Shown one piece after another: positions 39,041 to 47,346 of a stretch of 64,000 nucleotides of DNA; the first letter of the stretch is position 1; every line of letters begins with the position of its first letter. The stretch is taken from positions 9,671-73,670 of IMG/VR virus record IMGVR_UViG_3300042569_002607. One strand, 5' to 3'. Origin of the DNA: a virus. The notes beneath the pieces were generated by a model. It did no database searches and was not told the DNA's origin. It was given only the letters and a program-made list of their open reading frames with translations. The translations under genes and the position numbers were made by a program.

Positions 39041-39184
39041 GCGACCACCGCACCACACGGTGGATTTGTTTGCGCGCTCCCGAGGACGAATCCCCCACGC
39101 GCTCTCACAAAGTAGGCAGTCCCCCCCTGTGGCGCCAGACCACCACATCGGCGCGACACTCCTTCCCACAATCCCGAGGACCTG

Positions 39185-40675
39185 ATGGCGATTCAATTCC
39201 AACGCGCGACACGTCGTCGCGTGAAGATCAAAATGCTGTTGAAGGGCCCTACCGGTTCGGGCAAGACGTATGGCGCCCTGCACATCGCCGACGGGCTCGC
39301 GCCTGGCAAGATCGTGCTGATCGACAGCGAGCACGATCGCTCCGAGTTCTATGCCGACGTGGTGCCGTTTGATCGTTCCTCGATCGACGATCACACGCCG
39401 AAGGCCTACGCAGCACACATTCGTGCCGCCGTCGATGCCGGCTACGAAGTGGTAATCGTCGACTCCCTCTCGCACTGCTGGATCAACGTGCTCGAGCGGA
39501 AGGACGCGTACGACAAGGCCAATCCGCGATCGAATCAGTGGACGAACTGGGGCTTGTTCGGTGGCGAGTGGGATGAACTCATGCGCACGATCCTAGAGGC
39601 GCCGATCCACGTGATCTGCACGGCGCGTTCGAAGATGGCGCACGAGCAGGTTGAGCAGAACGGAAAGAAGCAGGTCGTGAAGCTCGGCCTCGCACCGCAG
39701 CTGCGCGATAACACCGAGTATGAGTTTGCGATCTGCTTCGATGTGGAGCAGACGACCGATAAGCGCCACCCCGCCCAGGTGTCCAAGGACAATACGAACC
39801 TGCTGAGCGAACCGGGTCGCGTGTGGGATCTCACCGACGGGGCCGTGCCCGCACTCATTCGCAAGTGGATGGAGACGGCGCGTGAGGTTGAGCGCCCGCT
39901 TCCGGAGACGCAGCAAGCGATTGATGATGCGCTGTTGGATCTACCCGAAGGGCTCCAGGCAAAGTCTCGGAAGAAGATCGCGCAGTACAAGCAACAAGGC
40001 TTCCCCGAAACGAAGGCGCAGGAAGTGTTGGCACAGCTTCGCGTGCTCGTGCAAGGCGCGGTGGCGCCGACGGCACCGGCCGTCGCGGCGGCACCGACGC
40101 CGCCAGCAGTCCCGCACCCGCCGGTCGACGACGCGCCGCCGCTCACCAACGACGCACACGAGACCTCTGATGACCGCACGCCCCTGCCCTCGATGTCGCT
40201 CAGTGAAGCGGCCTCGATGACGGTGACGCTGTCAGACGGCGCGAAAGCGCTCGGGGATCTGAGTACGAAGTCCCTCAAGAAGCTGCGCCCGCTCGCTGTC
40301 GAGCGTGAGAACCTCGCATTGGTACAGGCGATCGATGTGGTCCTGGCCGATCATGCCGCGCTCGCGTCCCCGGCCGCTCCGCCTGCCGTCACTGCGTCAC
40401 GTGGTGTCGCGCCGGATCTCGGCGAGCCGTCCTTGACTATCGCTGGGAAGATGCAGGTGAAGACGGAAGCCGGCTCGTATCAGCTCCAGCAGTTGCCACG
40501 GCGGTACCTCGAGCGATGCCTACAGCACCGCACAGACCTCACGCACGAGATGCGCGCGGGCATCCGCGTGGTGCTGGCGTACCGCGACGGCAACCCGATG
40601 GATCCGCACGTGATGGAAGTGGAGTCCAAGGACGCGCCTGACGAGGTCCAGCACGTGAGCACCGCCGGCACCTGA
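39185..40675 (+). CDS. Sak4-like AAA recombination ATPase with long C-terminal extension
   Basis: GPTGSGKT, LIDSE, IVDSLSH and EYEF motifs; SSB nearby. Confidence 0.85.
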   Translation: MAIQFQRATRRRVKIKMLLKGPTGSGKTYGALHIADGLAPGKIVLIDSEHDRSEFYADVVPFDRSSIDDHTPKAYAAHIRAAVDAGYEVVIVDSLSHCWINVLERKDAYDKANPRSNQWTNWGLFGGEWDELMRTILEAPIHVICTARSKMAHEQVEQNGKKQVVKLGLAPQLRDNTEYEFAICFDVEQTTDKRHPAQVSKDNTNLLSEPGRVWDLTDGAVPALIRKWMETAREVERPLPETQQAIDDALLDLPEGLQAKSRKKIAQYKQQGFPETKAQEVLAQLRVLVQGAVAPTAPAVAAAPTPPAVPHPPVDDAPPLTNDAHETSDDRTPLPSMSLSEAASMTVTLSDGAKALGDLSTKSLKKLRPLAVERENLALVQAIDVVLADHAALASPAAPPAVTASRGVAPDLGEPSLTIAGKMQVKTEAGSYQLQQLPRRYLERCLQHRTDLTHEMRAGIRVVLAYRDGNPMDPHVMEVESKDAPDEVQHVSTAGT

Positions 40676-40742
40676 CACGAGCACCGATGACCTTGCTGGT
40701 AGGCATACCGCCTGCCGGCAGCCAAACCTTTTGGAGCGTTCC

Positions 40743-41312
40743 ATGAATATCGATCTCAAGGCCCTCGGCATCACCGAGGAGCAGCTCGTCGAGAAGATCA
40801 TCGACAAGACCGTCGAGCGGCTACTCACGTCGGTCGGCTACGATGAGGACGGCGACGAGTTCGTCGTAGACTCGCGCCTCGTGAACAACCTCAACGATCT
40901 CACGAAGAAGCTTATCGACGCGAAGGTAGAGCAGCTCGCGGACACGCACGTGAAGCCGCTGATAGAGTCGCGCCTCGAATCGCTCGTGCTGCAGCAGACA
41001 AACGCATGGGGCGAGAAGACGGGCCAGCCGGTCACGTTCATCGAGTATCTGATCAAGCGCGCCGACGCGTACATGACCGAGCCTGTGGACCACAACGGCA
41101 AGGCGAAGGGTGAGGGCAACTCGTACGACTGGCGCCAGAGCACGACGCGCGTGTCGTACCTGATGGACAAGCACCTGCAGTACAGCATCACTGTGGCGAT
41201 GCAAGAGGCGCTGAAGACGGCGAACAGCAGCATCACGAAGGGCCTCGCTGACGCTGTAAAGATGTCCCTCGCTGAAGTACAGGCGAAGCTGAAAGTCGAG
41301 GTGAAGGTATGA
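40743..41312 (+). CDS. conserved phage hypothetical protein
   Basis: GGAG RBS; TNAWGE motif. Confidence 0.7.
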   Translation: MNIDLKALGITEEQLVEKIIDKTVERLLTSVGYDEDGDEFVVDSRLVNNLNDLTKKLIDAKVEQLADTHVKPLIESRLESLVLQQTNAWGEKTGQPVTFIEYLIKRADAYMTEPVDHNGKAKGEGNSYDWRQSTTRVSYLMDKHLQYSITVAMQEALKTANSSITKGLADAVKMSLAEVQAKLKVEVKV

Positions 41313-41788
41313 GCCGCTCGCTGAATCGCGTCACGCTTATTGGCCACGTTGGCGGTGATCCCGAAGTCCGCGACGTAAACAACGGCAGCCGCGTCGCGAC
41401 GTTCTCATTGGCCACGAGTGAATCGTGGACCAACGACGCGGGTCAGGCAACAGAGAAGACCGAGTGGCATCGGGTCGTCGTGTGGAACAAGGGGAAGCGC
41501 ACCCTGGCCGATTTCGTTCAGCAGTACATCAAGAAAGGCGAGAAGCTCTACGTCGAAGGGAAAGTCACGTATCGACAGTGGGAAGACAAAGACGGGCTGA
41601 AGCGCACGACGACCGAAATCAACGCGAGCGAGCTCATGCCGCTCGGTGGACGACGCGACAATGATGCAGGTGCGGAAGCACGAGCGCCTCGCGCGTCGGC
41701 AGCGCCAGCTACGCCGAAACCGGCGCCAGCGGGTGACAGTTTCCCTGACGCTCTGCTGGATGACGACGACGATCTCCCTTTTGACTGA
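41309..41788 (+). CDS. ssb: single-stranded DNA-binding protein
   Basis: LNRVTLIG...DPE, TEWHRVV, YVEG and acidic DDLPF tail. Confidence 0.97.
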   Translation: MSRSLNRVTLIGHVGGDPEVRDVNNGSRVATFSLATSESWTNDAGQATEKTEWHRVVVWNKGKRTLADFVQQYIKKGEKLYVEGKVTYRQWEDKDGLKRTTTEINASELMPLGGRRDNDAGAEARAPRASAAPATPKPAPAGDSFPDALLDDDDDLPFD

Positions 41789-41800
41789 CGGGTGACGATC

Positions 41801-42226
41801 ATGAGCAAGACCTGCTTCAAGTGCGGCGAGCTAAAGCCGCTGGAGCAATTCTATCGTCACCCCCAGATGGCCGATGGGCACTTGAATAAGTGCAAGGTCT
41901 GTACGCGGAAGGATGTTCGCCTCAATCGTCGTGCGAAGCGAGTGTACTACAACGAGTACGACGTGCAGCGATACCGGAAACAGCACAGGTGGCCAGATCG
42001 CGATCCACAGAAGGCACGTGCCACGGCCATGGTAAACATTCGTGTACAACGAGGGACGATGATTCGGCCGAAGCGATGCTCGCAATGCGGCCGATCGGAT
42101 CTCGCGATCGAAGCGCATCACGATGACTACAGCAAACCGCTAACGGTTCGATGGCTCTGCACTTCGTGTCACGACAATCACCACGCAATGGAGAACATCC
42201 CGGTTCCCCATGTCGATCATGATTAA
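41801..42226 (+). CDS. HNH-like Zn-binding endonuclease
   Basis: KTCFKC..CKVC; CSQC..AHHDDYSKPL.VRWLC..CH. Confidence 0.8.
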   Translation: MSKTCFKCGELKPLEQFYRHPQMADGHLNKCKVCTRKDVRLNRRAKRVYYNEYDVQRYRKQHRWPDRDPQKARATAMVNIRVQRGTMIRPKRCSQCGRSDLAIEAHHDDYSKPLTVRWLCTSCHDNHHAMENIPVPHVDHD

Positions 42227-42545
42227 CGACGACACCGCCGATCTCGGCGCCGCTCCCTTTGCGCGGGCCCGACGCGGCCGGGTGCAGATCGAGCTCCCGC
42301 AGATCGCGGTGCAGACGCAAGACGCGGCGCGCATCGCGGGCATGGGCGACGACGTGCTCCGAAAGATCCCGTGGCGCGTGTTGCCCTTTGCGCGCCACGG
42401 CAAGCACCGGTGGTACCTGGTGGCCCACGTGCAGCTCTTCGCGGAACGACTGATGGCCCTGCGCATCGCGCGCGGCGAGCCGAAACACATTGAATCCCTC
42501 TTGGCACTCGCGGTTGAGCTGCCGTCCATGGAGCACGACATATGA
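42219..42545 (+). CDS. hypothetical protein
   Basis: Coupled ORF. Confidence 0.5.
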   Translation: MINDDTADLGAAPFARARRGRVQIELPQIAVQTQDAARIAGMGDDVLRKIPWRVLPFARHGKHRWYLVAHVQLFAERLMALRIARGEPKHIESLLALAVELPSMEHDI

Positions 42546-43522
42546 GCGCGATGGCAGATCAGTCGGCAGCAATCGACGAGGCGATCAGCTTGCTGGGGGA
42601 GAACGGCTATCGCGTGTTGCGCCCGTTCGTCGGGCGCGCGCGCGATTACGTGGAGGTGGCTGACGTGCCTGAGGCATCACCACACGTGGGATGTGGCATG
42701 ATGGTCGATACCGAAACGACGGGGCCCGACGTCTCGGTTGACGAGATCATTCAACTGGCCGTGACGCCGTTCCTATTTGACCGGCAGACCGGCGCGATCC
42801 TGCACGTGCACGCGGCCGTAGTGATGTACGAAGAACCCTCGCGCCCGATCACGGAGGCGGCGTCCGCCGTCCATGGGATCTCGCCCGATCGTCTGGTGGG
42901 GCAGCGGTTCCATGCGGATCTCGTTGCAGAGCTCTGGACCATGGCCGAGGTGATCTGCGCGCACAACGCGGCGTTCGATCGGCCGATGCTCGATCGACGG
43001 TTCGGGGCCACACTGCCCGAGCGCGCCTGGGGGTGCACCTACGTCGACGTACCATGGCGGCGGGCGAAGTATCCGAGCGCAAGCCTTGGCGCGCTGCTCA
43101 TTGAGCACACGGAGCACTTCTTTGCGGGGCATGATGCCGCCGATGATTGCTACGCGGCCCTGCACTGCTTGGCGATGCCATTCCACACCCCCGGCTTTGA
43201 CGCCACCGAGCAATACCCCTTCTGGCACGTGCTGCAACGCGTCCAGCAACGCGTCGTGCGCCTGTTCGCCACCGGTGCCCCGTTCGAAACGAAGGACGCG
43301 CTGCAGCGGCGCGGCTACAAGTGGAACGATCCGAGCAAGCCTGGGGCGCAGTTCAAGGGGTGGCACCGGAAGGCGTGGTGGCGTGAGGTCCCCGAGGAGG
43401 CCCTTGAGGAGGAATACGCGTGGATGACGACCGCCGTCTATGGCGGACGACCGGCGGCATTGCTGAGCGGTCGGGAAGACGTTCCGGCCACGAAGCGCTT
43501 CGCGAAGGGCGGCGCGCCATAA
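42542..43522 (+). CDS. DEDDh 3'-5' exonuclease (DnaQ-like)
   Basis: VDTETTG, AHNAAFDR and HDAADD motifs. Confidence 0.9.
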   Translation: MSAMADQSAAIDEAISLLGENGYRVLRPFVGRARDYVEVADVPEASPHVGCGMMVDTETTGPDVSVDEIIQLAVTPFLFDRQTGAILHVHAAVVMYEEPSRPITEAASAVHGISPDRLVGQRFHADLVAELWTMAEVICAHNAAFDRPMLDRRFGATLPERAWGCTYVDVPWRRAKYPSASLGALLIEHTEHFFAGHDAADDCYAALHCLAMPFHTPGFDATEQYPFWHVLQRVQQRVVRLFATGAPFETKDALQRRGYKWNDPSKPGAQFKGWHRKAWWREVPEEALEEEYAWMTTAVYGGRPAALLSGREDVPATKRFAKGGAP

Positions 43523-43824
43523 TGCGAGACTCGGTACTCCTCCGGCGCGATGACGCGAGCTGCAACACGACGACGGCGGTGCAGCAAACGCGCATTGCCA
43601 TCGAGAAGGTCGCACGGTCGCAGACATGGGACATTGAAGGCGCGTCGCCGTTTCCCATGGACGTGCTCCCGCTCCTACAGGACGCGAGTAAGCTCCTCGC
43701 CAAGGCGCACGCGAAGATCCGCGCCCACGCTCAGGAGCATGTGTGGCCGGCGCACCGCGTGCATCATCAGCGTGAGCGCATGACCGAGACGTTCCGTGCA
43801 ACCGAGGATCCCACCCATGGGTGA
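43522..43824 (+). CDS. hypothetical protein
   Basis: TAATG coupling. Confidence 0.5.
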   Translation: MRDSVLLRRDDASCNTTTAVQQTRIAIEKVARSQTWDIEGASPFPMDVLPLLQDASKLLAKAHAKIRAHAQEHVWPAHRVHHQRERMTETFRATEDPTHG

Positions 43825-44113
43825 CGCGGGTGACGTGTGGAACGCCGCGCGCAGCAATCGACAGGAGGCGAACGCGGCTCGCTACCACCGGTGTGTGGCG
43901 CAGCTCGCGGAGTATCCGTATCACGTGCAGCAGTTCAATCATGGGGCGCACTGGCGTGTGGATGTGCTGGGCGTCGCCTTCGACTTCTGGCCGCACACCG
44001 GCAAGTATCGCAGCCAGACGAGCGGTCCGGTCATGCAGGGGACCGCTGCGGATTTCGTGGAGTTTCTCGCGCGGGCGCGCTCGGCGCTCGCCACCTTGGT
44101 GACCGTGAGGTAG
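43817..44113 (+). CDS. hypothetical protein
   Basis: GAGG RBS; N.G.H...DFWP.TGK motif. Confidence 0.6.
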   Translation: MGDAGDVWNAARSNRQEANAARYHRCVAQLAEYPYHVQQFNHGAHWRVDVLGVAFDFWPHTGKYRSQTSGPVMQGTAADFVEFLARARSALATLVTVR

Positions 44114-44120
44114 CAGACCG

Positions 44121-44492
44121 ATGGCACTCCCTTTGTTGGCAACATCAAGCATGGAAGAGCTGCTCGAGGAATGGGCACGTGATGCCGCGACGCTGCGCAA
44201 GCACGGCCAGTCCGCGCTCGCGCAGCAGTTGGAGACCGTGGTGACGCGCGTGCGTGAGGTCGCCGAAGAGTGGCTGGACACGCTCACTGAAGGAGAGGCC
44301 GCATTGTACTCGGGCCAGTCGACGCGATGGCTTGCACAGCGCTTCGAGTCGTACGCGCGTCGAGGACTGGCGTTCAAGCGTGGGCGCGCCCGTGTGTATC
44401 GCCGGTGTGCCCTCCCTCGGCGGTCAGAGATCGTGGCGGCGTACGTGGCCGGCCAAGAGGCGGCGCGACAGACGCGTGCGGTGTCGCTGTGA
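44121..44492 (+). CDS. putative excisionase / recombination directionality factor
   Basis: HTH-like LTEGEAALYSGQSTRWL; directly upstream of integrase. Confidence 0.5.
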   Translation: MALPLLATSSMEELLEEWARDAATLRKHGQSALAQQLETVVTRVREVAEEWLDTLTEGEAALYSGQSTRWLAQRFESYARRGLAFKRGRARVYRRCALPRRSEIVAAYVAGQEAARQTRAVSL

Positions 44493-45823
44493 GCGAGACG
44501 AAGGCGAGAAAGGAACTGTACCGCGCCGGCGGGCGCGGGGATCTCGTGCGTGTGGTGGTCGACACGGGCGAGAATCGCACGATCGTGTACTATCGCGACG
44601 CCGACGGCATCCCACGGAAGAAGAAGTATCCGAACACGAAGACGGGGCGCGATGCCGCCAGGGCCTTCGGCGAAGGGTGGTTGTCGGCGCGTGATCGCAT
44701 GGTGCGCGAGCGGGCAACCGCCGCAATCAATGCGGGACCAACGCTCACGGTCCGCGGGCTGTGGGACGCGTATAAGGCGGCGGAGTTCTCGCTCGAAGTC
44801 GGGCACGGGCTACGGGAAGCCACGCAGCGCTCGTACACCCAGCACTGGCGTCGCTTCGAGCTCTTCATCGGCAAAGATCGCTTGGCGGAGACAATCAAGG
44901 TCCCGGAGCTCGCCGAGTTGAAGCGGCAAGACTTAGACGCCGAGCGCGCCCTGAATCAGATCAAGCAGACATTCAACGTGGTGCGCACCGTGTTTCGGTG
45001 GGGCGTCGAACAGGAGCTGATGATCCGCTCGCCGCTGGCGCTCATGCGGTGGAAGTCGCGCAAGGATGAACCCAAACCGCTGGAGCCCGACGAGTACACG
45101 GCGGACGAGAGCGAGCGCATCCTCGCCGCGTTGGACAAAACGGACACCCGCCAGTGGAAGGCGTGGGTGTTCGTGATGCTGGCCGCGCACTACGGCCAAC
45201 GCGCCAACGCCGTGCTCCATCTCCGGTGGCAGGACATCGATTGGGAGGCGGGGATCATCCGGTGGCCGGGACGCTTCCAGAAGCAGGGGCGCGATCTCGT
45301 GCGCCCGATCCTGTGGGAGGCGTATTCCGCACTGCTGACGGCGCAGCAGGAGCGGGAGCGGGCCGCCGGCTTCCGTCGCCTGAAGCACCACAAGAGCGCT
45401 CACAGCACTCGCGAGCGACTCGAGTCCGCGGACTGGGTCCTCTTTGCCGAGCGCGATCGCGCCAAGCCGATGTCGTACCAGTCGCTGCATTACCACATCT
45501 GCCAGGCGGAGATTCGCGCGAAGGTGGACGCGAAGCCCTACCGGAAGGCGCACGGGCTCCGGCGCATGTTGCTCGGCAAGGTGCTCGAAGAGACCGGCGA
45601 CCGCGCGTTGGCGTTGGAAGTCATTGGCGATCGCGATCTCTCGCAGCTGGCGAGCTATGACCGGCGCATCGACGTGCGGACGGCCGCTGCGCTCCGGCAG
45701 GTCAGCATCGAGGGGCAAATGGAAGCCAGTGCGAAACTGTCCCCGAAACGTCCCGACGTCCCCGAAAACGAAACGGCCCCCGGAGGACCGGAGGCCGTAA
45801 CTTCAAACGTGGAGGCAACTTAG
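44489..45823 (+). CDS. int: tyrosine integrase
   Basis: YGQRANAVLHLRWQDID (R), QK, HGLRR (HxxR), IGD, SYD (Y). Confidence 0.9.
   Translation: MSETKARKELYRAGGRGDLVRVVVDTGENRTIVYYRDADGIPRKKKYPNTKTGRDAARAFGEGWLSARDRMVRERATAAINAGPTLTVRGLWDAYKAAEFSLEVGHGLREATQRSYTQHWRRFELFIGKDRLAETIKVPELAELKRQDLDAERALNQIKQTFNVVRTVFRWGVEQELMIRSPLALMRWKSRKDEPKPLEPDEYTADESERILAALDKTDTRQWKAWVFVMLAAHYGQRANAVLHLRWQDIDWEAGIIRWPGRFQKQGRDLVRPILWEAYSALLTAQQERERAAGFRRLKHHKSAHSTRERLESADWVLFAERDRAKPMSYQSLHYHICQAEIRAKVDAKPYRKAHGLRRMLLGKVLEETGDRALALEVIGDRDLSQLASYDRRIDVRTAAALRQVSIEGQMEASAKLSPKRPDVPENETAPGGPEAVTSNVEAT
45771..45798 (-). terminator. hairpin terminator 3' of the tRNA fragment
   Basis: ACGGCC.CCGG/CCGG.GGCCGT stem with T-runs on the minus strand. 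Confidence 0.55.
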
Positions 45824-45837
45824 AAATGCAACGCTCA

Positions 45838-45875
45838 GAGCCACAGATCGGGATTGAACCGATGACCGCATCGTT
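45838..45875 (-). other. attP core: 3' half of a tRNA (Thr-like)
   Basis: Minus strand AA-CGATG-CGGTC-ATCGG-TTCAATC-CCGAT-CTGTGGC-TC gives anticodon 3' stem, variable loop, T arm and acceptor; 5' half absent; adjacent to integrase. Confidence 0.88.
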
Positions 45876-45925
45876 GGAGAAATCGGACGAATCGCGGGCT
45901 TCCCTCTGTCGCACCCCGACTCGCC

Positions 45926-45941
45926 TTGCGGGTCTGGCACA
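45926..45941 (+). repeat. dispersed 16-bp motif (2 mismatches)
   Basis: TTGCGGGTCTGGCACA, 50 bp right of the att core. Confidence 0.7.
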
Positions 45942-46049
45942 AGAAACCCCGGTTTTTCGCGCAAGTCAAGACAGAAGTGGCAACGAAATGGCAACCGGCG
46001 ACGGGATGGCAACGGACGCGGTGGAACGCCGCCACGCCGGAGCGTCCCG

Positions 46050-46568
46050 GTGCCGATAACGACCGACGACGTCGCCATCCTGTCCGCCCAACTCGCCTTT
46101 ATCCGACGCGAGCGGTTGGCCCAGTGGACGAGCGCGCGTGCGTTCCGATCGTTCCGTGGCGCGCCGACGCCGAGACACCGTGCCCTGATCGACTTATGCG
46201 ATGCGCTGGCCGCGGCGCAGCTCGCCCAGTTGCACGACTCGCCGACCTGGGCGGCGCTGGAGTCCGCGGGGCAACGCGTGTGCCTGGAGGTCCTGACGCA
46301 GGTGGTGGAACGGGTCACGCGGTATGGGACCGGCCTCGGCAGTGACGAGCTGGAGACCCTCGAGGCGTGTACCCGCCGCCGGCTGTTGGCGGCGCTCCCG
46401 CCTGACGCGCAGGACGGTGCGGATACCGAGTGGTGGAGCGTCGCGCACTCCGGGCTGCTCTACGCGATGGAGCTCCGGGATGGGGTCCGGCAGTGGTGGC
46501 CCGTCACGGTCCCGCTGGCGATCGCCAGCGAGTCGCTGCCGGCGGAGGTGCGCCAGTATGTCGCGTAA
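46050..46568 (+). CDS. hypothetical protein
   Basis: GGAG RBS; overlaps next gene. Confidence 0.55.
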   Translation: MPITTDDVAILSAQLAFIRRERLAQWTSARAFRSFRGAPTPRHRALIDLCDALAAAQLAQLHDSPTWAALESAGQRVCLEVLTQVVERVTRYGTGLGSDELETLEACTRRRLLAALPPDAQDGADTEWWSVAHSGLLYAMELRDGVRQWWPVTVPLAIASESLPAEVRQYVA

Positions 46569-46965
46569 CGCCTCTCGGCAGGATCTGGCCGAAGAGCAGA
46601 TTGCGCGGTCGCGCCGGATGCCATCCGACGACGACTTGGGGCCGCTCTTTGCGCCAACGCTCCCCGAGGCGGCCCCCGTGGCCGCCGTGGATCACGGTAC
46701 CAGCCGGGACGCGGCTGACCGGGTGCTCCCGATTACCGGCGCGCTCCGTCGTCGCATCCTGGTGTTGCTCATCGACGCCTACGACGAAGGGATGACGGAC
46801 AAAGAGCTCGAAGATCTGCCGGAGATGAAGCGGTACGGATTCTCAACGGTGCGAAAGCGCCGGAGCGAATTGTTCAAGGCGGGGTTGCTGAAAGCCGCCG
46901 GCTCCCGCGGTGGGCTGACCGTGTGGGTCGCGCTGCCCCATGCCTCCGCCGTCCTCGGGCCCTAA
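46558..46965 (+). CDS. winged-HTH protein
   Basis: TSRDAA...GMTDKEL...TVRKRRSEL...G..VW. Confidence 0.7.
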   Translation: MSRNASRQDLAEEQIARSRRMPSDDDLGPLFAPTLPEAAPVAAVDHGTSRDAADRVLPITGALRRRILVLLIDAYDEGMTDKELEDLPEMKRYGFSTVRKRRSELFKAGLLKAAGSRGGLTVWVALPHASAVLGP

Positions 46966-46968
46966 CCC

Positions 46969-46984
46969 TTGCGGGTTTGGCACG
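46969..46984 (+). repeat. dispersed 16-bp motif (exact)
   Basis: TTGCGGGTTTGGCACG, 3 bp after a stop. Confidence 0.85.
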
Positions 46985-47000
46985 TCGTAGTCACATTCGT

Positions 47001-47120
47001 GCATCCAGTCCTGAACCCACTGGATGCCTCGCCGGAAGCGTCTTTCGCGCCCCACGGCCACCGGCCCTACACGTCTCGCGCGTGTTGGGGGGTTCACCGG
47101 TGGTCGGGGGCGTGTTCTTT
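47001..47120 (+). promoter_or_regulatory. structured leader / possible attenuator or sRNA
   Basis: 9-bp perfect stem 47001-47027; long stem 47048-47112 followed by TGTTCTTT. Confidence 0.55.
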
Positions 47121-47130
47121 GGGAGGCAGT

Positions 47131-47346
47131 ATGGCCGTCAGCACGGCCGCTCGACTGGTGGTCCCGATCGCGCCGGATGATACCGCGCCGGATCGCCCCC
47201 TGTCGGAAGACGATCAACGATTGGTCGCCGCGTGGTTGCGGCGTTTGGAACGCGAAGCCCCCGCAGGCAGCGCGGACCTCACGGTCCCGCGGTATCTCGC
47301 ACGTCGCATCGCGGCCACCTTTGCGCCCGCGGAGCCGACCGCATGA
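47131..47346 (+). CDS. hypothetical protein
   Basis: GGGAGG RBS; coupled to helicase. Confidence 0.55.
   Translation: MAVSTAARLVVPIAPDDTAPDRPLSEDDQRLVAAWLRRLEREAPAGSADLTVPRYLARRIAATFAPAEPTA

Noticed and set aside
38803-39184. Protein-coding gene or known ncRNA in this gap
   Set aside because: ORFs lack recognisable motifs; only hairpins are supportable
45838-45910. Complete tRNA gene
   Set aside because: No D arm or 5' acceptor strand; similarity ends in the anticodon loop, so it is an att core
45826-46059. 77-aa ORF across attP
   Set aside because: Translation of the tRNA antisense strand and arm repeats; no clear RBS
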